Source: an uncultured bacterium (GTDB lineage Bacteria > CSSED10-310 > CAZUFC01). From it: DNA of 64,000 nucleotides. Positions 9,445 to 18,168 of this stretch are shown piece after piece. The DNA lies in contig CAZUFC010000001.1 in NCBI GenBank assembly GCA_964619725.1, positions 128,001-192,000 on the forward strand. Reading direction: 5' to 3'. The notes under the pieces are model-generated. The model was not told the DNA's origin. It did not search any database and worked only from the letters and a program-made list of their open reading frames with translations. The position numbers and the translations under genes were made by a program. Every line of letters starts with the position of its first letter. Positions within the stretch are counted from its first letter, which is position 1.

Positions 9445-11103
9445 TTGGAAGTTAAAACAAAGTTTTTCAAAAGCCTGGGGGCAAAACTCGTATTGTCCGT
9501 CGGACTTATACTGGTTATTTCAATCGCTGTTTTTGCCGTAGTGAACACAAAAGATCAGCGGGATCAACTGATCAATCAGGTGATAACCGGGGCCAATCAG
9601 TTTTCCGATACGGTTATGAGCAGCACCTGGTATTACATGCTGAAGGTGGAAAGGGACGACATTCATCGCATCATCGATTCGATAGGAGATCAGGAGGAGA
9701 TAGACGATCTTCGTATTTTCAATAAAGAAGGCGTCATTATGTTTTCTTCTATCGAAGATGAGAGAGGCCATAAAGTCAATCTTCAGGCGGAGGCGTGCTA
9801 TGCGTGTCATGCCAGGGAAAAGCCGCTGGAAAGACTGTCCACCCCGGAAAGGACCCGGATATACCGTAAACCCGACGGCGAGAGAGTTCTCGGGATGATC
9901 ACCGCCATTTATAATGAGCCTGCCTGCTATAATGCGGCTTGTCATGCGCATCCCAAGAATAAACAGGTATTGGGCATTCTCGATATCGTCATGTCTCTGA
10001 CCGACGTAGACAAAAAAATCGCCGGAAGCCGCAAAAAAATCTGGCTGTTCGCTTCCATGGAAATGCTGGTCATCTCCTTCATTATCGTGGCTTTTTTGCA
10101 TACATCCGTCGTAAAACCCATCGGAAGATTGGTCAGCGGCACACAAAAAATCGCTTCCGGCGATCTGACGACAAGAGTCAAAATTAAATCAGCCGACGAA
10201 TTCGGCGTCCTGTCGGACTCGTTTAATCAAATGGCGAAAAACCTTCAACGCGCTGAACAGGAACTGACGGAATGGGGAAAAACGCTCGAACATAAGGTCG
10301 AAGAGCGCACCAAAGAGCTGAAACAAACGCAGGCGCAACTTGTTCAATCAGAAAAAATGGCCTCGCTGGGAAAACTGTCAGCCGGAGTCGCCCATGAACT
10401 CAATAATCCGCTTACGGGCGTGCTCACCTATGCCTCGCTTCTCTATGAAGACTCCCAAGAAGGAAGTCCCGAAAAGGAAGACCTCAAAGTCATAATCGAT
10501 GAAACATCGCGCTGCAAAAGAATTATCCGGGACCTGCTCGAATTCTCCCATCAGAATCAGCCCATGAAAAACAGGATAAACATCAACTCCCTCATTCAAA
10601 ATACGCTCAGCGTTTTGAAATATCAGGCTGCGTTTCAGGATATTGAAATAATAAAGGAATTCGATGAAAACCTGCCCGATGTGGAAGCCGACCGTGACCA
10701 GATTCAGCAGGTCTTTATGAACATTATTATGAATGCGGCCGACTCCATGCCTCACGGCGGATCGCTGACCATCGAAACCCGCCTCTCCAGCGTGGCAGAT
10801 AACGTCAAAATTACTTTTACCGATACAGGCAAAGGGATAGAGGAAGAACATATTCCCAAATTGTTTGATCCGTTCTTTACGACCAAACCGGTCGGACAGG
10901 GAACCGGTCTGGGCCTGGCCGTCAGTTACGGCATTATTCGAAGGCATCACGGCTCCATTAACGTCAAAAGCGCTCTGGGAAAAGGCGCCACATTCACTAT
11001 TACTCTTCCCACCATCAGCGGTACTGAAGAAGATGAACACGATGAATATTACGAAGAAGAGCCGGAGAATGAAGAAGTTCAGATCAAAGACGAAGAAAAG
11101 TAA
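9445..11103 (+). CDS. Membrane sensor histidine kinase with periplasmic heme-c motifs, HAMP, HisKA and HATPase domains
   Basis: Two TM helices flank CYACH and CYNAACH; H-box AHELNNPL; N box NAAD; DTGKG, FDPFFTTK, GTGLGL; start placed at TTG 9445 after GGGAG. Confidence 0.9.
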   Translation: MEVKTKFFKSLGAKLVLSVGLILVISIAVFAVVNTKDQRDQLINQVITGANQFSDTVMSSTWYYMLKVERDDIHRIIDSIGDQEEIDDLRIFNKEGVIMFSSIEDERGHKVNLQAEACYACHAREKPLERLSTPERTRIYRKPDGERVLGMITAIYNEPACYNAACHAHPKNKQVLGILDIVMSLTDVDKKIAGSRKKIWLFASMEMLVISFIIVAFLHTSVVKPIGRLVSGTQKIASGDLTTRVKIKSADEFGVLSDSFNQMAKNLQRAEQELTEWGKTLEHKVEERTKELKQTQAQLVQSEKMASLGKLSAGVAHELNNPLTGVLTYASLLYEDSQEGSPEKEDLKVIIDETSRCKRIIRDLLEFSHQNQPMKNRININSLIQNTLSVLKYQAAFQDIEIIKEFDENLPDVEADRDQIQQVFMNIIMNAADSMPHGGSLTIETRLSSVADNVKITFTDTGKGIEEEHIPKLFDPFFTTKPVGQGTGLGLAVSYGIIRRHHGSINVKSALGKGATFTITLPTISGTEEDEHDEYYEEEPENEEVQIKDEEK

Positions 11104-11385
11104 AAAGGGCTTGTTTGCATTCGATTTATAAACCACCGGGGCAATTTCTGGAATTAATGACGCGTGTATAACGGAATCGAATAGCGATAAGGTCCGTTTC
11201 TCCTGTAATATCGAATTCCTGATGTCCGCCGAATCGGCATTCCGTCAAGATAAAAAAACGCGACAGATTGGAAAGGTAAACCTGGACATATGAATTTCAT
11301 TCGACAAAAAAAACAAATTTCTCACCGGTATCATATCTTTGTTGATGAAAGGTTTTAAGGAAAGGAGCCGGAGAGAATGAAGGGG

Positions 11386-11425
11386 CAGTATAAAAAGTTT
11401 ATACAGGTGTACGACCTTTATACTG
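11386..11425. promoter_or_regulatory. Nested inverted repeat, candidate upstream activator site
   Basis: CAGTATAAA...TTTATACTG with inner GTATAAA-AAG-TTTATAC, about 250 bp upstream of the sigma-54 motif. Confidence 0.3.
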
Positions 11426-11657
11426 ATGAAGGAAAACAATTTTTGCAAAGGTAGAAATTAACTGAAAACAGGTTTCAGTAATAGGGCTGCGTCCTGGGAG
11501 AAGCAACAAGACGGCGCTCAGGAACGATTGATCTTGACGACATTTCCGGATAAAGAGGGACAACCCGACGAAGGCCGGTCGACTTTTTGCCGGCGGTCTT
11601 TTATAATTGAGCAGGCTTATTATGAAGTGTAATCGGCGGATAAGATCGTAAGTCTTG

Positions 11658-11675
11658 TCGGCATGTAATTTGCTT
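11658..11675 (+). promoter_or_regulatory. Putative sigma-54 (-24/-12) promoter of the REC-GcvH/hydrogenase operon
   Basis: TCGGCATGTAATTTGCTT: GG-N10-GC spacing, 38 nt before the ATG at 11712. Confidence 0.65.
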
Positions 11676-11711
11676 CCACAACGAATCGGGAATTAAGAAA
11701 AGGAGGTTCCC

Positions 11712-12476
11712 ATGGCTAGAATATTAGTGATTGATGATGAAATAGTTGTTTGCGGCAGCGTAGGGAAGATACTCCGCAGGGATAATCATGAAATCACATG
11801 CGTTTTGACTGCTGAGGAGGGAATGGAATTTCTGGAGAATCAGTCTTTTGATTTGATTATAACTGATTTAATGCTGCCGAAAATGAGCGGTATGGAACTT
11901 CTGGAAAAAGTGAAGGAAAAGTGGCCCGGTATACGGGTTGTCATGATAACCGGGTATGCAACGGTAAAGAACGCCTTGGAAGCGATGAAGCACGGAGCAT
12001 TCGATTTTCTCCCGAAACCTTTCACTCCGGATGAATTGCGAACCGCCGCAGAGCGGGCGTTGCAGAGAAACAAGCTGGGATCGGCTGAATCGGCCGTTTC
12101 AAAGATACAGGAGGATATTGCGGACAGCGAGAACATGTATTGCATTCCGGAATATTCCTGGGTGAGACTGAAGGATGACATGGCCGTCGTGGGTATTGAT
12201 CGCGTGTTTTTAAAAACGATCGGCGACATTGAACACATAGAGTTTCCTTTTAAAGGCGATGAGCTGTTACAGGGAAGCATTTGCGCGCGCCTGGCGGGCA
12301 AGAACGACAGGATTTACACGATTTGGACGCCCATAAGCGGTAAAGTGATCGAAATAAATTACGATCTTAACAAGGATATTTCAATTTTGAAAAAGGACCC
12401 TTACGGCAAGGGCTGGTTGATGACGCTGCAGGCAAGCTCCGTAAAAGAGGATTTGAGAAACCTTTTGAAGGTATGA
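11712..12476 (+). CDS. Response regulator receiver domain fused to a glycine-cleavage-H-like domain (paralog 1)
   Basis: REC motifs VIDDE, ITDLMLP, ITGY, PKPF; GcvH-like YSWV...VGI...PISGKVIEIN...DPYGKGWL. Confidence 0.88.
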   Translation: MARILVIDDEIVVCGSVGKILRRDNHEITCVLTAEEGMEFLENQSFDLIITDLMLPKMSGMELLEKVKEKWPGIRVVMITGYATVKNALEAMKHGAFDFLPKPFTPDELRTAAERALQRNKLGSAESAVSKIQEDIADSENMYCIPEYSWVRLKDDMAVVGIDRVFLKTIGDIEHIEFPFKGDELLQGSICARLAGKNDRIYTIWTPISGKVIEINYDLNKDISILKKDPYGKGWLMTLQASSVKEDLRNLLKV

Positions 12477-12520
12477 AGCCTGAGTCATGCGAAAGGACTT
12501 TATCCTGAAAGGAGTTGGAC

Positions 12521-13297
12521 ATGGCAAATATACTGGTTGTAGATGACGAAGCTGTGGTGTGCGGCAGCGTTGAACGCATATTGAAACGGAACGGACATGA
12601 AACCGAATGCGTTTTGACGGCGAAAGAAGGCCTGGATTTAATGCAGAACAGAGATTTTGATCTGGTGATAACGGATTTAATGCTGCCGAAAATGAGCGGC
12701 ATGGATTTAATGCAGATCATCCATGATAAGAAGCCGTCCTTGCCCATAATAATGATTACGGGGTACGCCACAGTAAAAAATGCGGTTCAGGCTTTAAAAA
12801 TCGGCGCTTTTGATTTTATTCCAAAACCTTTTACTCCGGAGGAGCTACGTTCTGCGGTCACCCGGGCGCTGGAACGGAGCCGTCTGAAAAAGGAAAGCAT
12901 CAGCCCCCTGCCTGATACCAGGAATATGTATGGGATTCCTGAGCATTCATGGATAAAAATCGATAACGGTGAAGGGGTGGCGGGCGTCGATCCCGTTATG
13001 CTTAAAACGATCTCAAAGGTGATCAGCATCGAATTTCCCTTTAAAGGCGACGAACTTTCCCAGGGAGGAATTTGCGCCCGCCTGATATCGAAGAACAGGA
13101 AAATATATGCGGTATGGTCGCCTTTATCCGGGAAAGTGACGGATGTGCACTACAGGCTAAATCAGAATATCGACAAGTTGGAGACTGACGCTTACGGTGA
13201 GGGATGGCTGTTGAAGATAGAACCGACTTTGTTCGATGAAGAAGTGAAAAACTTGAAATCATACCAGGAACAAACCGAAGAGAATGAATCAGAATAA
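12521..13297 (+). CDS. Response regulator receiver domain fused to a glycine-cleavage-H-like domain (paralog 2)
   Basis: REC motifs VVDDE, ITDLMLP, ITGY, PKPF; HSWI...PLSGKV...DAYGEGWL; RBS AAGGAG. Confidence 0.88.
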   Translation: MANILVVDDEAVVCGSVERILKRNGHETECVLTAKEGLDLMQNRDFDLVITDLMLPKMSGMDLMQIIHDKKPSLPIIMITGYATVKNAVQALKIGAFDFIPKPFTPEELRSAVTRALERSRLKKESISPLPDTRNMYGIPEHSWIKIDNGEGVAGVDPVMLKTISKVISIEFPFKGDELSQGGICARLISKNRKIYAVWSPLSGKVTDVHYRLNQNIDKLETDAYGEGWLLKIEPTLFDEEVKNLKSYQEQTEENESE

Positions 13298-13814
13298 GAT
13301 AGGACGGATTCTGGCTGCAGGCGTCGGTAATTCCGCCATGAGCGACGATTCCGTCGGAGTGCGGATTATCGAAGAACTGAGAAAACGGGAATGGCCGGAG
13401 AACATTGATTTTGTCATGCTTGATTATGATCCGGTCGACCTTTTAACGTTTTGCGAACAGTACGAATGTCTCGTATTAATCGATGCCGTATCGCGAAGCG
13501 GGAATCCCGGTCAATTGCATATAATAGCCCAGGAGGATTTCTTCAAAGAAGCAAAGCGAGAACGTCCGTGTTCGCTTCATCAACTGGGGCTTTCAGAAAC
13601 GTTGAAGCTGGCCCGTGCACTGGGATACCGTTTCCGGTTTTTCCTTTTCGGCATCGAATTCGAAGATTTAAGTCCGGGATTCAGTCTCTCCCGAAAATTG
13701 GCCGACCGTTTTTCCGGCCTGGTTGATGAGATCGCTTCAGAGCTTTTAAAAATCTCTAATAAGAAATCGAAACAGGCGATCTGCAATGATCGTTTGGAGG
13801 TTGCAGTAAAATGA
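13284..13814 (+). CDS. [NiFe]-hydrogenase maturation protease (HyaD/HycI family)
   Basis: GVGN.AMSDDSVG, LIDA, SLHQL. Confidence 0.92.
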   Translation: MNQNKIGRILAAGVGNSAMSDDSVGVRIIEELRKREWPENIDFVMLDYDPVDLLTFCEQYECLVLIDAVSRSGNPGQLHIIAQEDFFKEAKRERPCSLHQLGLSETLKLARALGYRFRFFLFGIEFEDLSPGFSLSRKLADRFSGLVDEIASELLKISNKKSKQAICNDRLEVAVK

Positions 13815-14842
13815 TAGCTAAACTGTTGCCGAAACAGTATACGAGGAAATTTATCAAGAACCTTGAGTCGTTCGGCAAGGTCCATGCTCCGGTCATGAAA
13901 GACGATCAGAACGTCGTTTTTTCAGAAGTCGAGGACCCGAAAGACGTAGTTCTGCATTATCAGACGACGATAATTCCGCCGAAGAAGTATTTTTTCAAGC
14001 CGGAGCAGGTCATATTGACCTTTTCGAAAGATAAGGGTTATGAGATACCTGAGGAGGAATTACGGGAAAAACTGGTGCTGTTCGGAGTTCACTCCTGCGA
14101 TATAGCGGCTTTACAGATTCTGGACCTGGTTTTTTCGGACAATTATTACGATAAATTCTACTTCACCAGGAGGCGCAATACGGTCGTCATCGGAATCAGT
14201 TGCACTCCTGACATATATTGTTTTTGTTCGTCCATGGGAACGGATTATGTCGAAAAAGGCTTTGATCTTTTTTTGACGGACATTGGCGATGAGTGGTTCG
14301 TTCGTATCGGAACGGCGAGAGGCGACGACATAGTTCGCCATAACGACAGATTCTTTAAGGAGGCTACTCCGGAGAGCATACGGGAATTCAAGGACTTTGC
14401 GAACAAGTTTCATGAGATGTTTACACGTCATCTTGATTTGAGCAATCTTTCGCCTATTCTGGAACTGGAATATCAGAGCAAGTTGTGGGATGAGCTGGGC
14501 GACAAGTGCTTAAGCTGCGGAACCTGCTCCTTGATATGTCCGACGTGCTATTGCCACAACATGGTCGACAAGGTTGATTTTAAAGGAACAGGAGAACGTG
14601 TTAGGACCTGGGATTGCTGTTTGTATGAGGATTTCTCCCTGGTAGCCGGCGGTCATAACTTCAGAGAAAGCAGAGCCTCCCGCATAAAAACCCGTTTTTT
14701 TCACAAACAGCAGGGTTTCGTGGAAAAATACGGCCGACCCAGTTGCGTCGGGTGCGGTAGATGTATTGAAAAATGCCCTGCGGGTATTGACATGGTCTCC
14801 ATTCTTGAAAAAATAAGGGGGGAAACGGATGTTGCCGTCTAA
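13811..14842 (+). CDS. Group 3b (sulf)hydrogenase beta subunit (4Fe-4S, AsrA-like)
   Basis: GVHSCD, CFC.SMG, CLSCGTC...CPTCYC, CVGCGRC...CP. Confidence 0.9.
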   Translation: MIAKLLPKQYTRKFIKNLESFGKVHAPVMKDDQNVVFSEVEDPKDVVLHYQTTIIPPKKYFFKPEQVILTFSKDKGYEIPEEELREKLVLFGVHSCDIAALQILDLVFSDNYYDKFYFTRRRNTVVIGISCTPDIYCFCSSMGTDYVEKGFDLFLTDIGDEWFVRIGTARGDDIVRHNDRFFKEATPESIREFKDFANKFHEMFTRHLDLSNLSPILELEYQSKLWDELGDKCLSCGTCSLICPTCYCHNMVDKVDFKGTGERVRTWDCCLYEDFSLVAGGHNFRESRASRIKTRFFHKQQGFVEKYGRPSCVGCGRCIEKCPAGIDMVSILEKIRGETDVAV

Positions 14843-15704
14843 GTTAGCCAGAACGCTTTCCGATCCTAAGGAAGGCTACATATACAAGCCTCACAATGCA
14901 AACATAACTGACATAAGGTCTTTAATACCTGAACATAAGGTGTTCCGCATCGTCTTCGAGGATGAAGACTACCGGGAAAAATTCACTTTCAATCCCGGTC
15001 AGTTCATGATGCTGAGTCTTTTAGGGGCCGGTGAAGCGCCGATATCGATATGTTCTTCGCCGACCGAAAAAGGTTTTTTTGAATTATGCGTGCGGCGCAC
15101 GGGGAGAATAACCGACAAGCTTCACGATATGCAGGAGAATGATCGGGTCGGCGTCAGGGGACCATACGGAAACGGCTTTCCCGTTAATCTGCTGAAGGGT
15201 AACGATCTTCTTATGATAGTCGGCGGTTTAGGCATGGCTCCCCTGCGTTCCTTGCTGCGATATGTCGTCGACAAACGGAAAGAATTCGGAAGGGTTACTC
15301 TGGCGTACGGAATAAGGTCGCCCGATGACATGCTGTTTCACGATGAAATTATGCACCTGTTTCATCGCAAGGATATGAACGTGCTGCTGGCAGCGGAAAA
15401 CGCCGGAGAGCATCAAGACTGGCCGGGGAGCATCGGAATGGTTACTGACTTGTTCGACTCCTTTGACGTCGACCTGGAAAAAACTTATGCCGTCGTCTGC
15501 GGTCCTCCCGTAATGTATAAATTCGTTTTAAAGGGGCTGTTGGATATCCATTTCTCCAAAGACAAGATTTTCATGTCTCTGGAACGAAAAATGAAATGCG
15601 GCGTAGGCAAATGCAATCATTGTTCGATCGGTTATAAGCTAACCTGCATCGATGGACCTATTTTTACTTACTGGGATGCGATTAATCTTCCCGAAATAAT
15701 TTAG
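14829..15704 (+). CDS. Group 3b (sulf)hydrogenase gamma subunit (FAD/NAD(P)-binding, 2Fe-2S)
   Basis: PGQF, GEAPISI, RGPYGNGF, GGLGMAP, CGPP.M, MKCGVGKCNHC...C.DGP. Confidence 0.92.
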   Translation: MLPSKLARTLSDPKEGYIYKPHNANITDIRSLIPEHKVFRIVFEDEDYREKFTFNPGQFMMLSLLGAGEAPISICSSPTEKGFFELCVRRTGRITDKLHDMQENDRVGVRGPYGNGFPVNLLKGNDLLMIVGGLGMAPLRSLLRYVVDKRKEFGRVTLAYGIRSPDDMLFHDEIMHLFHRKDMNVLLAAENAGEHQDWPGSIGMVTDLFDSFDVDLEKTYAVVCGPPVMYKFVLKGLLDIHFSKDKIFMSLERKMKCGVGKCNHCSIGYKLTCIDGPIFTYWDAINLPEII

Positions 15705-15715
15705 GGGAATGAAAT

Positions 15716-16501
15716 ATGAGTGAAAAACCTTCGTTATCAATTTACGGACTCACGGGTTGCGCAGGCGATCAGTTGACGATATTGAACTGCGAAGATGAAC
15801 TGCTTGAAATATTTGATGCGGTCGATATACACTCCTTTGTTATGGCTCAAACCGGAAACGTCGAAGATAAAGTGGACGTAGCCCTGGTTGAAGGTTCAGT
15901 CACGCAACCGCATGACAAGGAACATCTGCTGCAAATACGCGAAAACTGTAAGATGCTGGTCGCTATTGGCACCTGTGCTGTTTGGGGCGGCGTTAATGCT
16001 CTCAGAAACGACGCCGACCGCAGACAGCTCATCAACATCGTCTACGGACCCGAAAACAAAAGCGTGAAATACCGGGAACCAGCGCCGCTGAGCGCCTTCG
16101 TTCATGTGGACTACGCAATTCCCGGATGTCCTGTTGAAAAATCGGAAATCCTGCACGCACTGGCATGCCTGGCTCAAGGCGTCGCTCCCGTTATTCCCAA
16201 TTATTCTGTCTGTCATGAATGCAAAATCAGGGAAAATCGCTGCTTATTGATGGAAGACGGCGCCTTCTGCATGGGACCCATAACAAGAGGCGGCTGCGGG
16301 TCCAAATGTCCGAATCTCGGAAGGCCCTGCATAGGATGTCGAGGTCCTGTGGCGGATGCCAATATTCTTTCGGAAGCGAAAATTTTGAGGGAAAAGGGAT
16401 ATGGGTATCCGGAAATATTGAGACGGCTTCAAACATTCGCTTATCCTGCTAATGCCGTCAATGAAGTTAGAAAAAAATTTCTGCTTGATTCGAAAATATA
16501 A
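15716..16501 (+). CDS. Group 3b [NiFe]-hydrogenase small (delta) subunit
   Basis: TGCAGDQ, VEGSV, IGTCA..GG, IPGCP, distal Cys cluster; no Tat signal, so cytoplasmic. Confidence 0.92.
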   Translation: MSEKPSLSIYGLTGCAGDQLTILNCEDELLEIFDAVDIHSFVMAQTGNVEDKVDVALVEGSVTQPHDKEHLLQIRENCKMLVAIGTCAVWGGVNALRNDADRRQLINIVYGPENKSVKYREPAPLSAFVHVDYAIPGCPVEKSEILHALACLAQGVAPVIPNYSVCHECKIRENRCLLMEDGAFCMGPITRGGCGSKCPNLGRPCIGCRGPVADANILSEAKILREKGYGYPEILRRLQTFAYPANAVNEVRKKFLLDSKI

Positions 16502-16516
16502 GGGAGGAAAAAGGCG

Positions 16517-17815
16517 ATGCCTCATTCTTTTACTATAGACGTTAACGAAGTATGCCGGGTTGAAGGGCACGGTAATATCCACGTTGCAGTGAAAAATAAT
16601 GCCATAGAATACGTCAGGATGGGTATTCATGAAGGTCCCCGATTATTCGAAGCAATGTTCGTCGGCCGCAAATTCCAGGAGGTCCCCAAAATAGTTTGCC
16701 GTATCTGCGCCATCTGCTCAGCTCATCACGATCTGACCTCCATCATGGCACTGGAAAACGCCCTCGGCGGCGTCCGAGTCTCCGAACAGACGAAACTTCT
16801 TCGAGAATTGCTTTTCCTGGGCGGACAGATCGAAAGCCATTATCTGCACATTTTTTTCCTGGCTCTGCCTGATTTCCTAGGATACGACGGTGCAGCCGCC
16901 ATGGCGGCTGATTATCCCGAAGAAGTCAAGCTGGCGCTCAAAATGAAAAAATTGGGCAATACGATCCAGGAATTGGTCGGGGGAAGGGCAATTCATCCCA
17001 TAACTACCGATATCGGCGGTTTCTCAGACGTTCCTTCCGAAAAGGCATTGATGGATTTAAAAACCCAACTGGAAGAAGCCCTGGAAGGCTCCGTCAAAAC
17101 AGCGGATATCCTGGCGGGAATAGATTATACGGATTATTACACTGACCAGGACTTCAAATACCTCGCCGTCAAACCGAACCACGATGATTTCGGATTCATG
17201 GGCGACAAAATCATGGATTCCAACGGCGGACTGAATCCTGTCGAAAAATACAAAGATTACATCAGGGAATACGTCGTGGACCATTCCACGGCCAAGCAAA
17301 GTCTATACAATGAAAAGTCTTTCATGGTGGGCGCTATCGCCAGGACCAACCTCCTGGGAGACAGACTGAAAAACAGGGCGGCTGAAGCATTAAAAAAACT
17401 CGGCCTCGACGAATACTCTGTCAATCCCATTCATAACACTCCCGCCCAGGCCGTCGAAGGTATCTACTGCATCGAACGATGCATCGAAATAATCGATGCC
17501 CTGCTGGAGAAAGGCGTCAAAAAGGAACCTCAAGCCGGCTATGAAGTAGTTCCGGGAACGGGAGCAGCCGCTACGGAAGTACCCCGTGGAACCCTTTATC
17601 ACAGCTATTCCATCAATGAAAAAGGAATCATTACTGCCGCAGATGTTATTACCCCAACGGCTCAAAACCTGGCTAACATCGAATTCCACATGAGACAAAC
17701 AGTCCGGGGTACAAAAGATAAATCTCAGCAGGACATCCGGATGGAATTGGAAAAACTCGTTCGGGCCTATGACCCATGCATTTCATGTTCCGCTCACGCC
17801 GTCTTCCTGGATTGA
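16517..17815 (+). CDS. Group 3b [NiFe]-hydrogenase large (alpha) subunit
   Basis: RVEGHG, L1 RICAIC, GGRAIHP, EVPRG, L2 RAYDPCISCSAH plus a 5-aa cleavable tail. Confidence 0.95.
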   Translation: MPHSFTIDVNEVCRVEGHGNIHVAVKNNAIEYVRMGIHEGPRLFEAMFVGRKFQEVPKIVCRICAICSAHHDLTSIMALENALGGVRVSEQTKLLRELLFLGGQIESHYLHIFFLALPDFLGYDGAAAMAADYPEEVKLALKMKKLGNTIQELVGGRAIHPITTDIGGFSDVPSEKALMDLKTQLEEALEGSVKTADILAGIDYTDYYTDQDFKYLAVKPNHDDFGFMGDKIMDSNGGLNPVEKYKDYIREYVVDHSTAKQSLYNEKSFMVGAIARTNLLGDRLKNRAAEALKKLGLDEYSVNPIHNTPAQAVEGIYCIERCIEIIDALLEKGVKKEPQAGYEVVPGTGAAATEVPRGTLYHSYSINEKGIITAADVITPTAQNLANIEFHMRQTVRGTKDKSQQDIRMELEKLVRAYDPCISCSAHAVFLD

Positions 17816-18168
17816 TGGAACGCCCCTGGTTATTAACATAAATTCATATGCTCTGCTTCCCATCCAATAGCGCCTTCAATACTTCAGAAAAAATGACGGT
17901 GACTGAAACTACGAATCTCAGAACAGACGCTTCCCCCTTGGACTATCCCGCTGCGATCCCTCTTTTCACGCCCCTTGACAGGTCCAGCCATTTGAATTCA
18001 TGGTCTGCGTTATAGAATAAATTCTTGACTTTGATTGATCGTTTGTGCAGTAATATACTAGAGAAAGCTTCCGGTCGTGAGGAACGGACGGCTTGTAAAG
18101 CATTCGGAAATAAAACAGTCGAAGGGTTTGTCCCATTTGAAAATGAAATTTTTTATTCAGAGGAGGCT

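Noticed and set aside
11377-11454. 25-codon ORF MKGQYKKF... after a purine-rich tract
   Set aside because: No recognisable features; it overlaps palindromes better explained as regulatory DNA.
17750-17815. Selenocysteine ([NiFeSe]) hydrogenase or TGA read-through
   Set aside because: L2 motif DPCISC uses ordinary Cys codons, and the TGA follows the normal short tail.
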